From: Minisyncoccia bacterium
GTDB taxonomy: Bacteria > Patescibacteriota > Minisyncoccia > 2-02-FULL-40-12 > IGHO2-01-FULL-4-A
Length of the DNA: 46,909 nt
Assembly: GCA_041499075.1 (NCBI GenBank)
Contig: JBGQJN010000004.1
Coordinates: 1 to 46,909 of the forward strand
Direction of reading: 5' to 3'
In this document: piece after piece, positions 9,080-17,967 of the stretch
Layout of the letters: each line of letters opens with the position of its first letter
Position numbering within the stretch: position 1 is the first letter of the stretch
Notes under the pieces: model-generated
The model's database searches: none
The model's input: only the letters and a program-made list of their open reading frames with translations
What the model was told of the DNA's origin: nothing
Program-made: the position numbers and the translations under genes

Positions 9080-9240
9080 TGCTTCTGGGGACTTCAAAAA
9101 TCCCAGCGAGATTTTTTCATCCGTTGTGATTGCCGCCATTTGTCAAGGCGCAAGGCCTATGACAAAACCATGCTGGCGGCAACCCCAGCGGCCCCATAAC
9201 CATCATTGGCTCCGCGTTTTGATAACTTAAAAACAGAAAA

Positions 9241-9286
9241 GCCCCGCACAGTCGAGCCACGAAATGCGGGACTTTCTGTGTCGGGG
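9241..9286 (-). terminator. hairpin gccccgcacag…ctgtgtcggggc. It is followed by a T-tract only on the minus strand (ttttctgttttt).
   Basis: Inverted repeat seen directly. There is no annotated minus-strand gene upstream, so function is unclear. Confidence 0.3.
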
Positions 9287-9335
9287 CTAAGATTCAGAAG
9301 ATGCTTGTCCTAAATAAATTATATCATAACCATAC

Positions 9336-11144
9336 ATGCAAAGTCAAGATGGATCAAAATTAAATAGAAATACAAAGGTTTTTGCGGCTCTTATTGTTGG
9401 GGTGGCGGTCGTGCTGGCGATTTCAAGCGCTTGGCACGATTCGATTATCGTGGATGAGGTACCGCATATCGGCGCCGGCTATTCTTATCTGGTCAAGCAA
9501 GATATGCGGCTCAATCCCGAACATCCGCCGCTGGCCAAGGATGTTGCCGCCATTCCCCTGCTGTTCCTGAATCTTAAACAGGACGTTTTCAGTACCAAGG
9601 CCTGGTTGACTGACGTCAACGGCCAGTGGGAGTTCGGCCGTTCTTTGATATTCGGAACCGGCAACAACGCTGACCTTATCAAGCATGTAGCCAAACTGCC
9701 GATGATTTTGTTCTTCATACTATCGGCAGTCTTAGTATTCAAATGGGGACGCAAACTTTACGGCAATACTGGCGCCATCATCGCTTTGGTACTCTTTGCA
9801 TTTTCGCCCACAGTCATGGCTCATTCACGATTTGTGACCACGGACATACCGGCATTATTCGGAGTTTTACTTTCAAGTTATTTTTACCTTAAATGGCTTG
9901 AAAGCCCGACTAAAAAGAATCTGCTCATCGCCGGTCTAACATTCGGCATAGCGCTTTTGTGCAAATTCTCAACTTTTCTTCTGGTACCTCTTTTTGGAGT
10001 GCTGGCTTTGGCTTATGGCTTTTCTCACAATGAAAAAGGCTTGCGACTGAAAGCCGCCGTTAAAACATTCCTGTTAAGTATTGTTATTATGATTGTCGGC
10101 TTTGTTGTCATTGTCTGGCCGGTGTACTATTTTCATACCCACAATTATCCAATTGAACGCCAGCAAAACGACACCAAGCAATTGCTTTCTTCTTACGGCA
10201 ATAGACTTTTTGCAGATCCAGTCGTCTGGGCATCCGGCAAACCGGTAATTCGAGCGGCGGCGGAATACGGCCTTGGTTTGCTCTTGGTTAATCAGCGGGT
10301 TCTCGGCGGCAACACTACATACTTCCTAGGCGATGTGTCCCGTTTTGGCTGGCGCAAATACTTCCCGATAGTTTATTTCATAAAAGAGCCGCTTGCCTGG
10401 TGGGGACTGGTTTTAGTTGCTCTGCTTTATTTGAGCTGGCAAGTCAGAAGACGTTCTGACGGATCCCCAGAAGCCAAGCCAAGTTTCCTAAAAAGACATT
10501 TCCACGAATTCGCAATGCTTGTCTGGCTTGCGATTTATTGGGGCATCAGCGTCAAAGGCACACTAAATATCGGTGTCAGACATCTGCTGCCGACATATCC
10601 GTTTGTGATTCTGCTGGTCTCCGGCCAGCTTTCACGGATAATTGAGAGGGTTAGTATAGAGAGCAGAAGGGCTTTGGCCTGGCTGATGTTTGTTTTGGCT
10701 GGTCTTATCGGCTGGTATGTATATGAAAGCGTGCATGTTTATCCTTATTATCTGACCTACTTCAATCAAGTTGTCGGTGGGCCTTCCGGCGGCTACAAAT
10801 ACGTGGTGGACTCCAATGTTGACTGGGGACAAGACTTGATCAGATTCAGTGACTGGGTCAAGGCCAATAATATCCCGAAGGTTGAATTTGATTATTTCGG
10901 CTGGGCCGATCCTTACTATTATCTAAAGGATCGCTACATATGGACATCGGCAACTAAGTACAAAGACGGTCAAGATTTCAAATTGCATAACCAATCCGAC
11001 GGCTGGCTGGCAGTTTCTGTCACCTTCCTTGAGGGTTCACAAGGACCGGATGATATGCCTAACAAAATCAACTATCTCTGGCTTCAGTCCTATACCCCAG
11101 TTACCGTTATAGGTAACTCGATATTTGTGTATAGGATAAAATAA
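9336..11144 (+). CDS. GT-C fold membrane glycosyltransferase (GT39 PMT-like)
   Basis: N-terminal loop DEVPHIGAGYSY…NPEHPPLAK. It has about 12 TM and a C-terminal beta-rich domain. Architecture matches the protein O-mannosyltransferase family. Confidence 0.8.
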   Translation: MQSQDGSKLNRNTKVFAALIVGVAVVLAISSAWHDSIIVDEVPHIGAGYSYLVKQDMRLNPEHPPLAKDVAAIPLLFLNLKQDVFSTKAWLTDVNGQWEFGRSLIFGTGNNADLIKHVAKLPMILFFILSAVLVFKWGRKLYGNTGAIIALVLFAFSPTVMAHSRFVTTDIPALFGVLLSSYFYLKWLESPTKKNLLIAGLTFGIALLCKFSTFLLVPLFGVLALAYGFSHNEKGLRLKAAVKTFLLSIVIMIVGFVVIVWPVYYFHTHNYPIERQQNDTKQLLSSYGNRLFADPVVWASGKPVIRAAAEYGLGLLLVNQRVLGGNTTYFLGDVSRFGWRKYFPIVYFIKEPLAWWGLVLVALLYLSWQVRRRSDGSPEAKPSFLKRHFHEFAMLVWLAIYWGISVKGTLNIGVRHLLPTYPFVILLVSGQLSRIIERVSIESRRALAWLMFVLAGLIGWYVYESVHVYPYYLTYFNQVVGGPSGGYKYVVDSNVDWGQDLIRFSDWVKANNIPKVEFDYFGWADPYYYLKDRYIWTSATKYKDGQDFKLHNQSDGWLAVSVTFLEGSQGPDDMPNKINYLWLQSYTPVTVIGNSIFVYRIK

Positions 11145-11146
11145 AA

Positions 11147-11168
11147 GGGACATGATTTCTCGTGTCCC
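11147..11168 (-). terminator. rho-independent terminator for the 11204..11767 gene. The hairpin is gggaca-N10-tgtccc and is followed on the minus strand by TTTTATTTT.
   Basis: Hairpin and T-tract read directly. The T-tract overlaps the stop of the convergent GT39 gene. Confidence 0.5.
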
Positions 11169-11203
11169 AAGCCCCGAAGGGTAAAATAAAAAAGTCAAAA
11201 GTG

Positions 11204-11767
11204 TTACGAAACTACCTCGCGAGTCCGCAGATTGCCGTAGGCAAAGCCAGGATGGTACCAGTCGACGTCGACCTTGCCGCCGAGCTCGCTGAAGTTGACG
11301 CTCAGCACGTGACCATCGCGATAGCGCGAACCCACGCATAGCGTCACGTTCTTGACGTCGAGGTGGCGGCCAGTCTCCTTGAAAAACTTCATCTCGTATA
11401 GAAGTCTCTCCAGGAGCGTAATACCGAGGATGCCCCTCTCTTTGAGCTGGTCAGCCGATTTGTTCTTCCACTCCTCGTCGGCTTCCACGCGCTCGCGGAT
11501 CCAGATGGCGTAACTGCCCTTGCTCGGGTCACGGTCGTTGACGGTTCCAATCTCGTCAAGACTCGCGTCCGTGTATTTCCAGCAAGGGAACAGTCTAGCG
11601 CAGGAATCGTACGCCTGCTGGATCTTGATGCCCTGCGGCACCACGATCAGCCGGTCAAAGCCGCGTTTCTTGGCCGGGATCTTCAGGCCGGTGAAGTCGG
11701 CTGTGATGCCGGGATCGCGATAGAGTGCCTGCCACTGGGCCAGCATGCTTTTCATGTTATCTGACAT
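11204..11767 (-). CDS. hypothetical protein of 187 aa. It is GC-rich compared with neighbouring genes.
   Basis: Long ORF in locally about 60% GC DNA. I recognised no family motif. Confidence 0.6.
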   Translation of the reverse strand: MSDNMKSMLAQWQALYRDPGITADFTGLKIPAKKRGFDRLIVVPQGIKIQQAYDSCARLFPCWKYTDASLDEIGTVNDRDPSKGSYAIWIRERVEADEEWKNKSADQLKERGILGITLLERLLYEMKFFKETGRHLDVKNVTLCVGSRYRDGHVLSVNFSELGGKVDVDWYHPGFAYGNLRTREVVS

Positions 11768-11876
11768 GATCAGCCTCCTTTGGTTTTTAAGGCGCTTTCC
11801 ACGCCGTGAATTACATTATAATTATACCATTTTATATAGTTCAGTATCAAATAAATAAACAAAGCGGCGAGTGCTA

Positions 11877-12078
11877 CCCCGACCCTAACTTTACCAATTA
11901 TACATTGGCGCTGGGCGTAAACGCGCTCCTCTGGAGCGCTTCCCTATTCGGGCCGCCTGCGCAGGAGATTTAATTATGTTTCTTTTTTACAAAACTTTGC
12001 TTGTAAATCACAGCAAAGTTAGGGCGGGGTAAGTATTCGCAACCATGCTCGCTACGCTGCGCGTGGGCGAATACTTAC
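11877..12078. other. GC-rich structured leader or ncRNA candidate with alternative pairings
   Basis: Segment C (gcaaagttagggcgggg, 12013-12029) can pair locally with B (aactttgc, 11993-12000). It can also pair long-range with A (ccccgaccctaacttta, 11877-11893). Additional hairpins are gcgctcc-tct-ggagcgc, the palindrome cctgcgcagg, and gtaagtattcgc (12029-12040)/gcgaatacttac (12067-12078). Confidence 0.3.
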
Positions 12079-12884
12079 TTATAATAAATCCTGTCCTGAA
12101 TGCGGAGATCTACATATTCCAGAGTTTTTGTTTGGGTCGGGGTAAGTTTTTCTTTGAGGAATTGGGCAAGTGAGTTAATCTGCCTGGTGATGTCAGTCTG
12201 ATCGCTGAATATCACCGGCCAACCGTAAGCCGTTTTGGCATCAAACTCATCAAAAGAATCGACGGGGATATCAAATTCCGAAGTATCAAGACCAATTTTT
12301 ACCAGAAGCTCTTTTGCCAGGATGATATTATCCACCCATACATGAGAAGCAACTTTATCTCCAAGTTTGATTAGATTATTGCGGCTATCATTGACGTTAA
12401 GAATCAGAAAACCCACAGTCGGCGTAGCTTCAGCATAGGCAACGCCATTTTTGTCAAAATAGAAACAGCCGCCAGCGGCAACAGACAGACACCAGATGCC
12501 GGCAGGTTTACGCTTACTTACCGATAACTCCAGAGAGTGTGGAAGATGCTTATTTACGACAATCGAGTCCAGTTCCGGAAATTGTTTTGCCAGTTGATCC
12601 GAAAGCCGAGTACCGGAAAAAAATAGAATATCGTTTCTGCGAGTTAACTTCCAAAATCCGGCATCAAGCCATTTGTTGATTGCCGCATTAAGATCAGTTT
12701 GGCTTACTCCTTCGGGTACTGTAATTTTGATTGTTCTGACATCCAACAACTTAGCAAAGAATAGAGCATAAACGGCTGCAATTAAAAATATGAAAATGAA
12801 AAGCAAAATCAGAGCTGATCCCAAAATCAGTTTTTTTCTTTTCTTTTTCTTAAGCTCGTCCTTGTAGGGTCTGACTATAGCCAT
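12075..12884 (-). CDS. ftsQ: cell division protein FtsQ/DivIB-like (N-terminal TM plus POTRA)
   Basis: Lys-rich N-terminus with one TM. The POTRA-like region is …IKITVPEGVSQTDL…. It lies next to alr in a typical division/wall context. Confidence 0.7.
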   Translation of the reverse strand: MAIVRPYKDELKKKKRKKLILGSALILLFIFIFLIAAVYALFFAKLLDVRTIKITVPEGVSQTDLNAAINKWLDAGFWKLTRRNDILFFSGTRLSDQLAKQFPELDSIVVNKHLPHSLELSVSKRKPAGIWCLSVAAGGCFYFDKNGVAYAEATPTVGFLILNVNDSRNNLIKLGDKVASHVWVDNIILAKELLVKIGLDTSEFDIPVDSFDEFDAKTAYGWPVIFSDQTDITRQINSLAQFLKEKLTPTQTKTLEYVDLRIQDRIYYK

Positions 12885-12886
12885 AT

Positions 12887-14029
12887 TTAGTTATAAAACC
12901 TTGGTAGTAAAGGATTAATTCGGGCGACTATTTCGTAGCTTATGGTACCGGCTTTGTCGGCAAGCTCTTCAGCGGTAACTCTCTGGCTATCTTGCCGGCC
13001 AATCAAGACGACTTCAGCCCAGACTTTGGCATCCACAATCTTAGAAATATCAGCCACCATAAGATTCATTGAGATCCTGCCCAATATTTTACATCTTTGG
13101 CCGCCGATCAGAACCTCGCCGGTTGACGATAGTGCTCTGGGGTAACCGTCGAAGTAACCGACGGGTAAAACTGCGATTTTGGTATTTTTCTTTACACGTT
13201 CGGTAATACCGTAACCGACAGGGGTGTTTTTATTAATTTCTTTGATTTGTGCAATTCTCGTTTTCCAAGTTAACGCCGGTTCAAGGCCAAGAACCGAAAA
13301 CTTTTTGGCAAATTCAGTTGACGGCCAAAGTCCGTAAAGCGCGACACCGAGACGGACCATATCAAATTGCGCCTGCGGCATTGTTAAAAATCCGGTCGTA
13401 GCACTGGCATGCCGAATCTCCAGCTTAATGCCAAAGTTATCAATTTTGGCCAAAGCTTTCTGGAATTTTTGAAGCTGATAATCGGGATAGGTCCTGTCAT
13501 CAAGGTTGTCGGCATTGGCAAAATGAGTAAAAACTCCTTCTATTTTAATTCTCGGCGGAAGCTTATTTAAGAACTGCGGCAGATCAGAAACCAAAATCCC
13601 CTGTCTGGACATACCGGTATCTATTTTAAGATGAAAGGGAATTTTGGCGTAAGCGTCGTCAAGATTCAGATCATTGTACAAGGTCAGGCGCAGGTCATTT
13701 CTGGATGCTTCCTTGAACCTATCTTTGGGCGTAAAACCCATAACTAAAATCGGCGATTTGATTCCCTCATGTCTCAACTCAATCGCCTCGTCAATGTTGT
13801 CGACCCCAAGCCAATCCGTAGATTGGCTTGGGGTCATCCTGAGCTTTGCCGAAGGGCCGTTACAAAACAGCTTGGCTGTCTGCGCCAAGCCATGTCCGTA
13901 AGCGTTGGATTTCACAACTGCCAGCAGCGTGGTTTTATCCCACAAAAGTCTTCTGACGACTTTTATGTTATTCTCAAGCGTTGATTTAGAAACCTCAACC
14001 CAGGTTTTATTATTTTCTCTTAATTTCAT
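12887..14029 (-). CDS. alr: alanine racemase
   Basis: PLP motif VVKSNAYGHG, and C-terminal domain …VGYFDGYPR…SMNLMV…. Confidence 0.9.
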   Translation of the reverse strand: MKLRENNKTWVEVSKSTLENNIKVVRRLLWDKTTLLAVVKSNAYGHGLAQTAKLFCNGPSAKLRMTPSQSTDWLGVDNIDEAIELRHEGIKSPILVMGFTPKDRFKEASRNDLRLTLYNDLNLDDAYAKIPFHLKIDTGMSRQGILVSDLPQFLNKLPPRIKIEGVFTHFANADNLDDRTYPDYQLQKFQKALAKIDNFGIKLEIRHASATTGFLTMPQAQFDMVRLGVALYGLWPSTEFAKKFSVLGLEPALTWKTRIAQIKEINKNTPVGYGITERVKKNTKIAVLPVGYFDGYPRALSSTGEVLIGGQRCKILGRISMNLMVADISKIVDAKVWAEVVLIGRQDSQRVTAEELADKAGTISYEIVARINPLLPRFYN

Positions 14030-15302
14030 TAACCCTAAGCCATTTTCTCAAAACCTTGGGCACGACAACCGTGCCTTTTTTTGTTTGATAGTTCTCCATA
14101 ATGGCAATGATTGTTCTGCCGATGGCAATTGCCGTGGCATCATTCATGTGGACAAATTCGGTTTTGTCGCCTCTTTTAACTCTGGTGTTGAGCCGGCGTG
14201 CTTGGTAGTCAGTCATCAAATCTGCGGTGTGAGTTTCGCGATACCTTCCTTGCCCAGGCATCCAGCATTCTATGTCTATCTGGCGCGCATCCGGCCCACC
14301 CATATCCCCGGTACAAATCTGTACAACGCGGTAGGGGATGCCGAGCAATTGCATCAAATATTCCTGTATGGCCACAAAAAAGTTTTGTTCGTCGGTAGAA
14401 GACTCCGGTAAAGAAAACGATTCCATCTCAAGTTTATCAAATTGATGAAGTCTAAAAATGCCCTTGGTATCCTTGCCGTATGATCCGGCTTCGCGTCGAA
14501 AAGCGCTGGAGTAGCCGATGTATCTGATAGGCAGATCTTTTTCAGGAATAGTTTCGTCCATATGCAACGGCCCTAGCGTATGCTCGGCGCTTCCGACCAA
14601 ATACAAATCATCGCTCTGGACGTAATACCTTTCTTCTTTGGGCTCAAGCCGAGCCATTTTCTGCATCACATCCGGTTTGATGAAAACAGGTGGAATGATT
14701 GGAACAAACGGCTTCGGGCTTACTTTCAGACCGGCTTTTTTAATTATTTTTTTAAGCGTGCCCTCATCGGTAACGACAGAAAAAACCAGCTGGACCAAAG
14801 CAAATTGCATGAGTCCAAGGGCGCCCTTCAAATAGGCAAACCGAGCACCGCTGATTTTTGAAGCTGATTCGGTATCAATTACCCCGAGCTCTTGTCCCAA
14901 CTGCCAATGTTCCTTCGGCTTAAAATCAAAGGTGGTCCGCTTGCCAACTTCACGCAAAACCTTGTTATCGTTTTCATTTTTGCCGACAGGCGTATCGTCA
15001 GATGGGATATTTGGCAAAGAAAGAATAAGCTGCTGAAATTCTTCTTGCACATGGCTGATCTCTTCTTCCAAGAGTTTAATACCTTCTTTTAGTTTTTTGA
15101 GTTCCTCAATTTCTGTTGGTGCCTTGGGCCCACCTCTTGAACCGGCATTTTGTTGTGCACGCTTCGCCTCAAGTTCACCAAGTACATGCCTGCGCCTCTC
15201 ATCTACTGCGAGTAATTTGTCCACATCAAAATCAATCCCCTTTTTGTGAGCGGCATCCTTGATTAACCCCGGATTGTCCCGAATGAATTTAATGTCTAAC
15301 AT
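14010..15302 (-). CDS. serS: seryl-tRNA synthetase
   Basis: N-terminal coiled-coil arm MLDIKFIRDNP…. Class II motifs …FRREAGS…, …TGDMGG…. Confidence 0.93.
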   Translation of the reverse strand: MLDIKFIRDNPGLIKDAAHKKGIDFDVDKLLAVDERRRHVLGELEAKRAQQNAGSRGGPKAPTEIEELKKLKEGIKLLEEEISHVQEEFQQLILSLPNIPSDDTPVGKNENDNKVLREVGKRTTFDFKPKEHWQLGQELGVIDTESASKISGARFAYLKGALGLMQFALVQLVFSVVTDEGTLKKIIKKAGLKVSPKPFVPIIPPVFIKPDVMQKMARLEPKEERYYVQSDDLYLVGSAEHTLGPLHMDETIPEKDLPIRYIGYSSAFRREAGSYGKDTKGIFRLHQFDKLEMESFSLPESSTDEQNFFVAIQEYLMQLLGIPYRVVQICTGDMGGPDARQIDIECWMPGQGRYRETHTADLMTDYQARRLNTRVKRGDKTEFVHMNDATAIAIGRTIIAIMENYQTKKGTVVVPKVLRKWLRVNEIKRK

Positions 15303-15340
15303 ACTAAAAATATAACATTAAATTTGAATATTGTCTGGGC

Positions 15341-15369
15341 TTGACAAAATTCATTAGAAAATATAAGAT
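15341..15369 (+). promoter_or_regulatory. sigma70-like promoter TTGACA-N17-TAAGAT (or N15-TATAAG). An AGGAG SD lies 6 nt before the ATG.
   Basis: ttgaca at 15341-15346, tataagat at 15362-15369, aggag at 15395-15399, ATG at 15406. Confidence 0.45.
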
Positions 15370-15405
15370 ATCAGGGTAGGCTTAACAACAGAATAGGAGA
15401 CGATT

Positions 15406-16215
15406 ATGGGGCTCTATTACAACCCGCCAGAAGAAATCCGACAAGTAGGCAGACAACTAGTCGCGGGATACTCAGTTTATGAAGACCTCTTTTTGAAACT
15501 AAAAGAAGGCGAGGTAATATTCTCTTTAGCCGATGTTTTTTGCCGTCGGAACAACTCTCTTTCTGCACTTTTCATAGAAAATGAAGAAGAAAATATGGCT
15601 AACCTGCAAGGTTATCACCAGGGCGCTTATGATATCCTAGGTTATTATGCCGTACCTAAAATGCTGGTAGAAAGAAGATTGGGAAGAGCTATTCCCAACC
15701 CAGAGTTAAAACCAATGTGGGAAACAAAGGGTAATAAAAAACATATTTTCCCGTTAGACGATCCGATCAATTACAGCTCAACAGACGCTGTTATCCTAGC
15801 CAGCAAGTGTTACAAAATAGATTCACGCATTGATGAAATGAATTTGCCCTGGAATACTTACGAAAGACCTTGGATGGCTAGCCAAATAGAGCTCGTTGAT
15901 CTTAGGGGGACTAATGGATTACTGGGCTGTAAAATTGACTCCGGAAACGAATTATTGGGCAAACTGGGGCTTAGACAAACTACCTATCAAGAAGCATTGC
16001 TTCTAGGATTAGTTAAAGACATTCCAGAACTTTCAATCTATTTCCTTAACAGATTGGTATTTAAGGGTTCCGAAGGAACTTATCAACTGATGTTATCCAG
16101 GTGGAGTTTTGGATATGTCTGGAAGTTAGTTGATGCAAACGAAGAAATTTCAAGGTATGCAGTTTTAGCAGGAGTCCGCCAGATAACGACCGGTTCTCAA
16201 CCTAGCGCAAGCTAG
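15406..16215 (+). CDS. hypothetical protein (269 aa)
   Basis: ORF track. It has a canonical promoter and SD, and I recognised no domain. Confidence 0.6.
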   Translation: MGLYYNPPEEIRQVGRQLVAGYSVYEDLFLKLKEGEVIFSLADVFCRRNNSLSALFIENEEENMANLQGYHQGAYDILGYYAVPKMLVERRLGRAIPNPELKPMWETKGNKKHIFPLDDPINYSSTDAVILASKCYKIDSRIDEMNLPWNTYERPWMASQIELVDLRGTNGLLGCKIDSGNELLGKLGLRQTTYQEALLLGLVKDIPELSIYFLNRLVFKGSEGTYQLMLSRWSFGYVWKLVDANEEISRYAVLAGVRQITTGSQPSAS

Positions 16216-16242
16216 GTTTTTCTATTCTCGGTAAATGAGCAA

Positions 16243-16423
16243 GGATTAGGGTTGCTTTTGGGACTTCTGCGTTTCCCGCCAGCATGGTTTTGTCAACGGT
16301 TGAGCCCCTACTTAGAGGCTCAACCTCTAAGTAGGGGCGAACATCTTGACAAATGGCGGGAAGAGCAAAAGATGAGCCGAGCCGGCTGGGGCGAGGCGAA
16401 GTTCTCAAAAGTAACCCTAATCC
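16243..16423. other. About 180-nt extended imperfect hairpin between convergent genes. Candidate structured ncRNA (6S-like architecture), MITE, or elaborate bidirectional terminator.
   Basis: Closing stem ggattagggttgcttttg/caaaagtaaccctaatcc. Internal pairs ttcccgcca/tggcgggaa and tttgtcaa/ttgacaaa. Perfect 14-bp apical stem cccctacttagagg-ctcaa-cctctaagtagggg (16305-16337). A 35-nt 3'-side bulge contains the palindrome agccggct. The 3' arm overlaps the lysS stop. Confidence 0.45.
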
Positions 16424-17880
16424 GAGCGAGGTTTCATTAATGGAAATAAAATCACTTCTCTGATTGAATGCGAATCGGTTAAAAGGGCAACTAAACGGTC
16501 AATGCCGAGTCCCCAGCCGGCCGCCGGCGGCATACCGTATTCAAGCGCTTCAACATAATCTTCGTCCATTTTCTGGGCTTCTTCATCACCTTTGGCACGC
16601 TTTTTCTCTTGAGCTTGAAATCTTTCCCGCTGGTCAACCGGATCGTTCAACTCTTGAAAGGCCTTAATAAGTTCCTGCCCACCGGCAAAGAATTGAAAGG
16701 CGCTAACATAGCCAGAATCATCCGCTTTTTTGGCTAATGGCAAAATTTCTACCGGCCAGTCTGTCACAAAGGTAGGATTAATTAGTTTTGGCTTTATCGC
16801 TTTTTTGAATATCTCATCAGCCAAACCGGACTTATCGGCGTGTTTTTCAATTTTAATATCAAACTCCTTGGCTTTTTTACTGAATTCGTCTTCGTCGGCT
16901 GATCCATAATCTATACCTGTATGCCTGTGCAATAAATCAGCGAATGCTTCGCGGACATATGGTCCAGCAAAGTTAATATCTTGCCCCTGATACTCAATCT
17001 TTGATTTGCCAAATACGTTCTGCAAAAGATTTTCAAAAATCTTCTCGGTAAAATCCATAAGCCAATCCAGGTCTTTGTAAGCGGCGTAGAACTCCAAAAC
17101 AGAAAATTCCGGATTGTGGTCACGGTCAATCCCTTCATTGCGGAAATTGGTGGTAAACTCAAATACCTTTTCAAAACCGCCGACAAGCAAACGCTTCAGG
17201 TAAAGTTCAGGCGCAATACGCAGATAGAGATCAATGTCCAAAGTATGCATATGTGTTTTGAATGGCCGGGCGGAAGCGCCACCATAAATCGGCTGTAGCG
17301 TGGGCGTGACAACTTCTGTAAAATCATGAGTATTCAAAAAGTCACGGAGTGTTTTTATGATTTTACTGCGAGTTTTTATCTTTTCTTTAACTTCGGGGTT
17401 AAAAATCAAATCCAGGTATCTCTTGCGATAACGCTCTTCCATATCCTGCAGACCGTGCCATTTTTCAGGCAAAGGCAATAAAGACTTGCTCAAAATCTTG
17501 TAACTTGAAACCTCCAACGTCTTCTCTTCTCTTTTAGTTTTAAACAAAATCCCTTCCGCCTCAATGAAATCTCCGATATCTATAGTTTCGGAGAAAAAAC
17601 TAAAAACTTCATCCCCAAGAGTATCTTTTTTGAAAAGCAACTGAATAGAACTACTACCATCATTTATATCCAGAAATGCCAAGCCGCCTTGTTCACGTTT
17701 GGCCATAACCCTGCCGGCCAATACGATCTTGGTTTTGGCCTCCGTTAATTTATCAAAATCAGCCAGCGCTTGAACTATGCTATGCGTACGCGAAGACTGT
17801 GCCGGATACGGATCCATACCCGCTTTGCGTATTTTCTCAAGCTTTTCGAGCCTAGTTTTACGGATTTCGTCTAAGGGCAT
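16417..17880 (-). CDS. lysS: lysyl-tRNA synthetase (class II)
   Basis: N-terminal OB anticodon-binding domain, followed by class II core motifs …FRNEGID…, …GGQE…. Confidence 0.93.
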   Translation of the reverse strand: MPLDEIRKTRLEKLEKIRKAGMDPYPAQSSRTHSIVQALADFDKLTEAKTKIVLAGRVMAKREQGGLAFLDINDGSSSIQLLFKKDTLGDEVFSFFSETIDIGDFIEAEGILFKTKREEKTLEVSSYKILSKSLLPLPEKWHGLQDMEERYRKRYLDLIFNPEVKEKIKTRSKIIKTLRDFLNTHDFTEVVTPTLQPIYGGASARPFKTHMHTLDIDLYLRIAPELYLKRLLVGGFEKVFEFTTNFRNEGIDRDHNPEFSVLEFYAAYKDLDWLMDFTEKIFENLLQNVFGKSKIEYQGQDINFAGPYVREAFADLLHRHTGIDYGSADEDEFSKKAKEFDIKIEKHADKSGLADEIFKKAIKPKLINPTFVTDWPVEILPLAKKADDSGYVSAFQFFAGGQELIKAFQELNDPVDQRERFQAQEKKRAKGDEEAQKMDEDYVEALEYGMPPAAGWGLGIDRLVALLTDSHSIREVILFPLMKPRSD

Positions 17881-17967
17881 GATGATTTTATTATACCAAA
17901 TTCACTGAAAATACAAACCCTCTCTGCCAAGATTGTAATTTTCAAATGCCGTTGTTATCCTAAGAGT

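Noticed and set aside
16202-16440. Small ORFs 16202..16408(-) and 16252..16440(+)
   Set aside because: They lie entirely inside the 180-nt palindromic element and mirror each other because of the inverted repeat. They are almost certainly non-coding.
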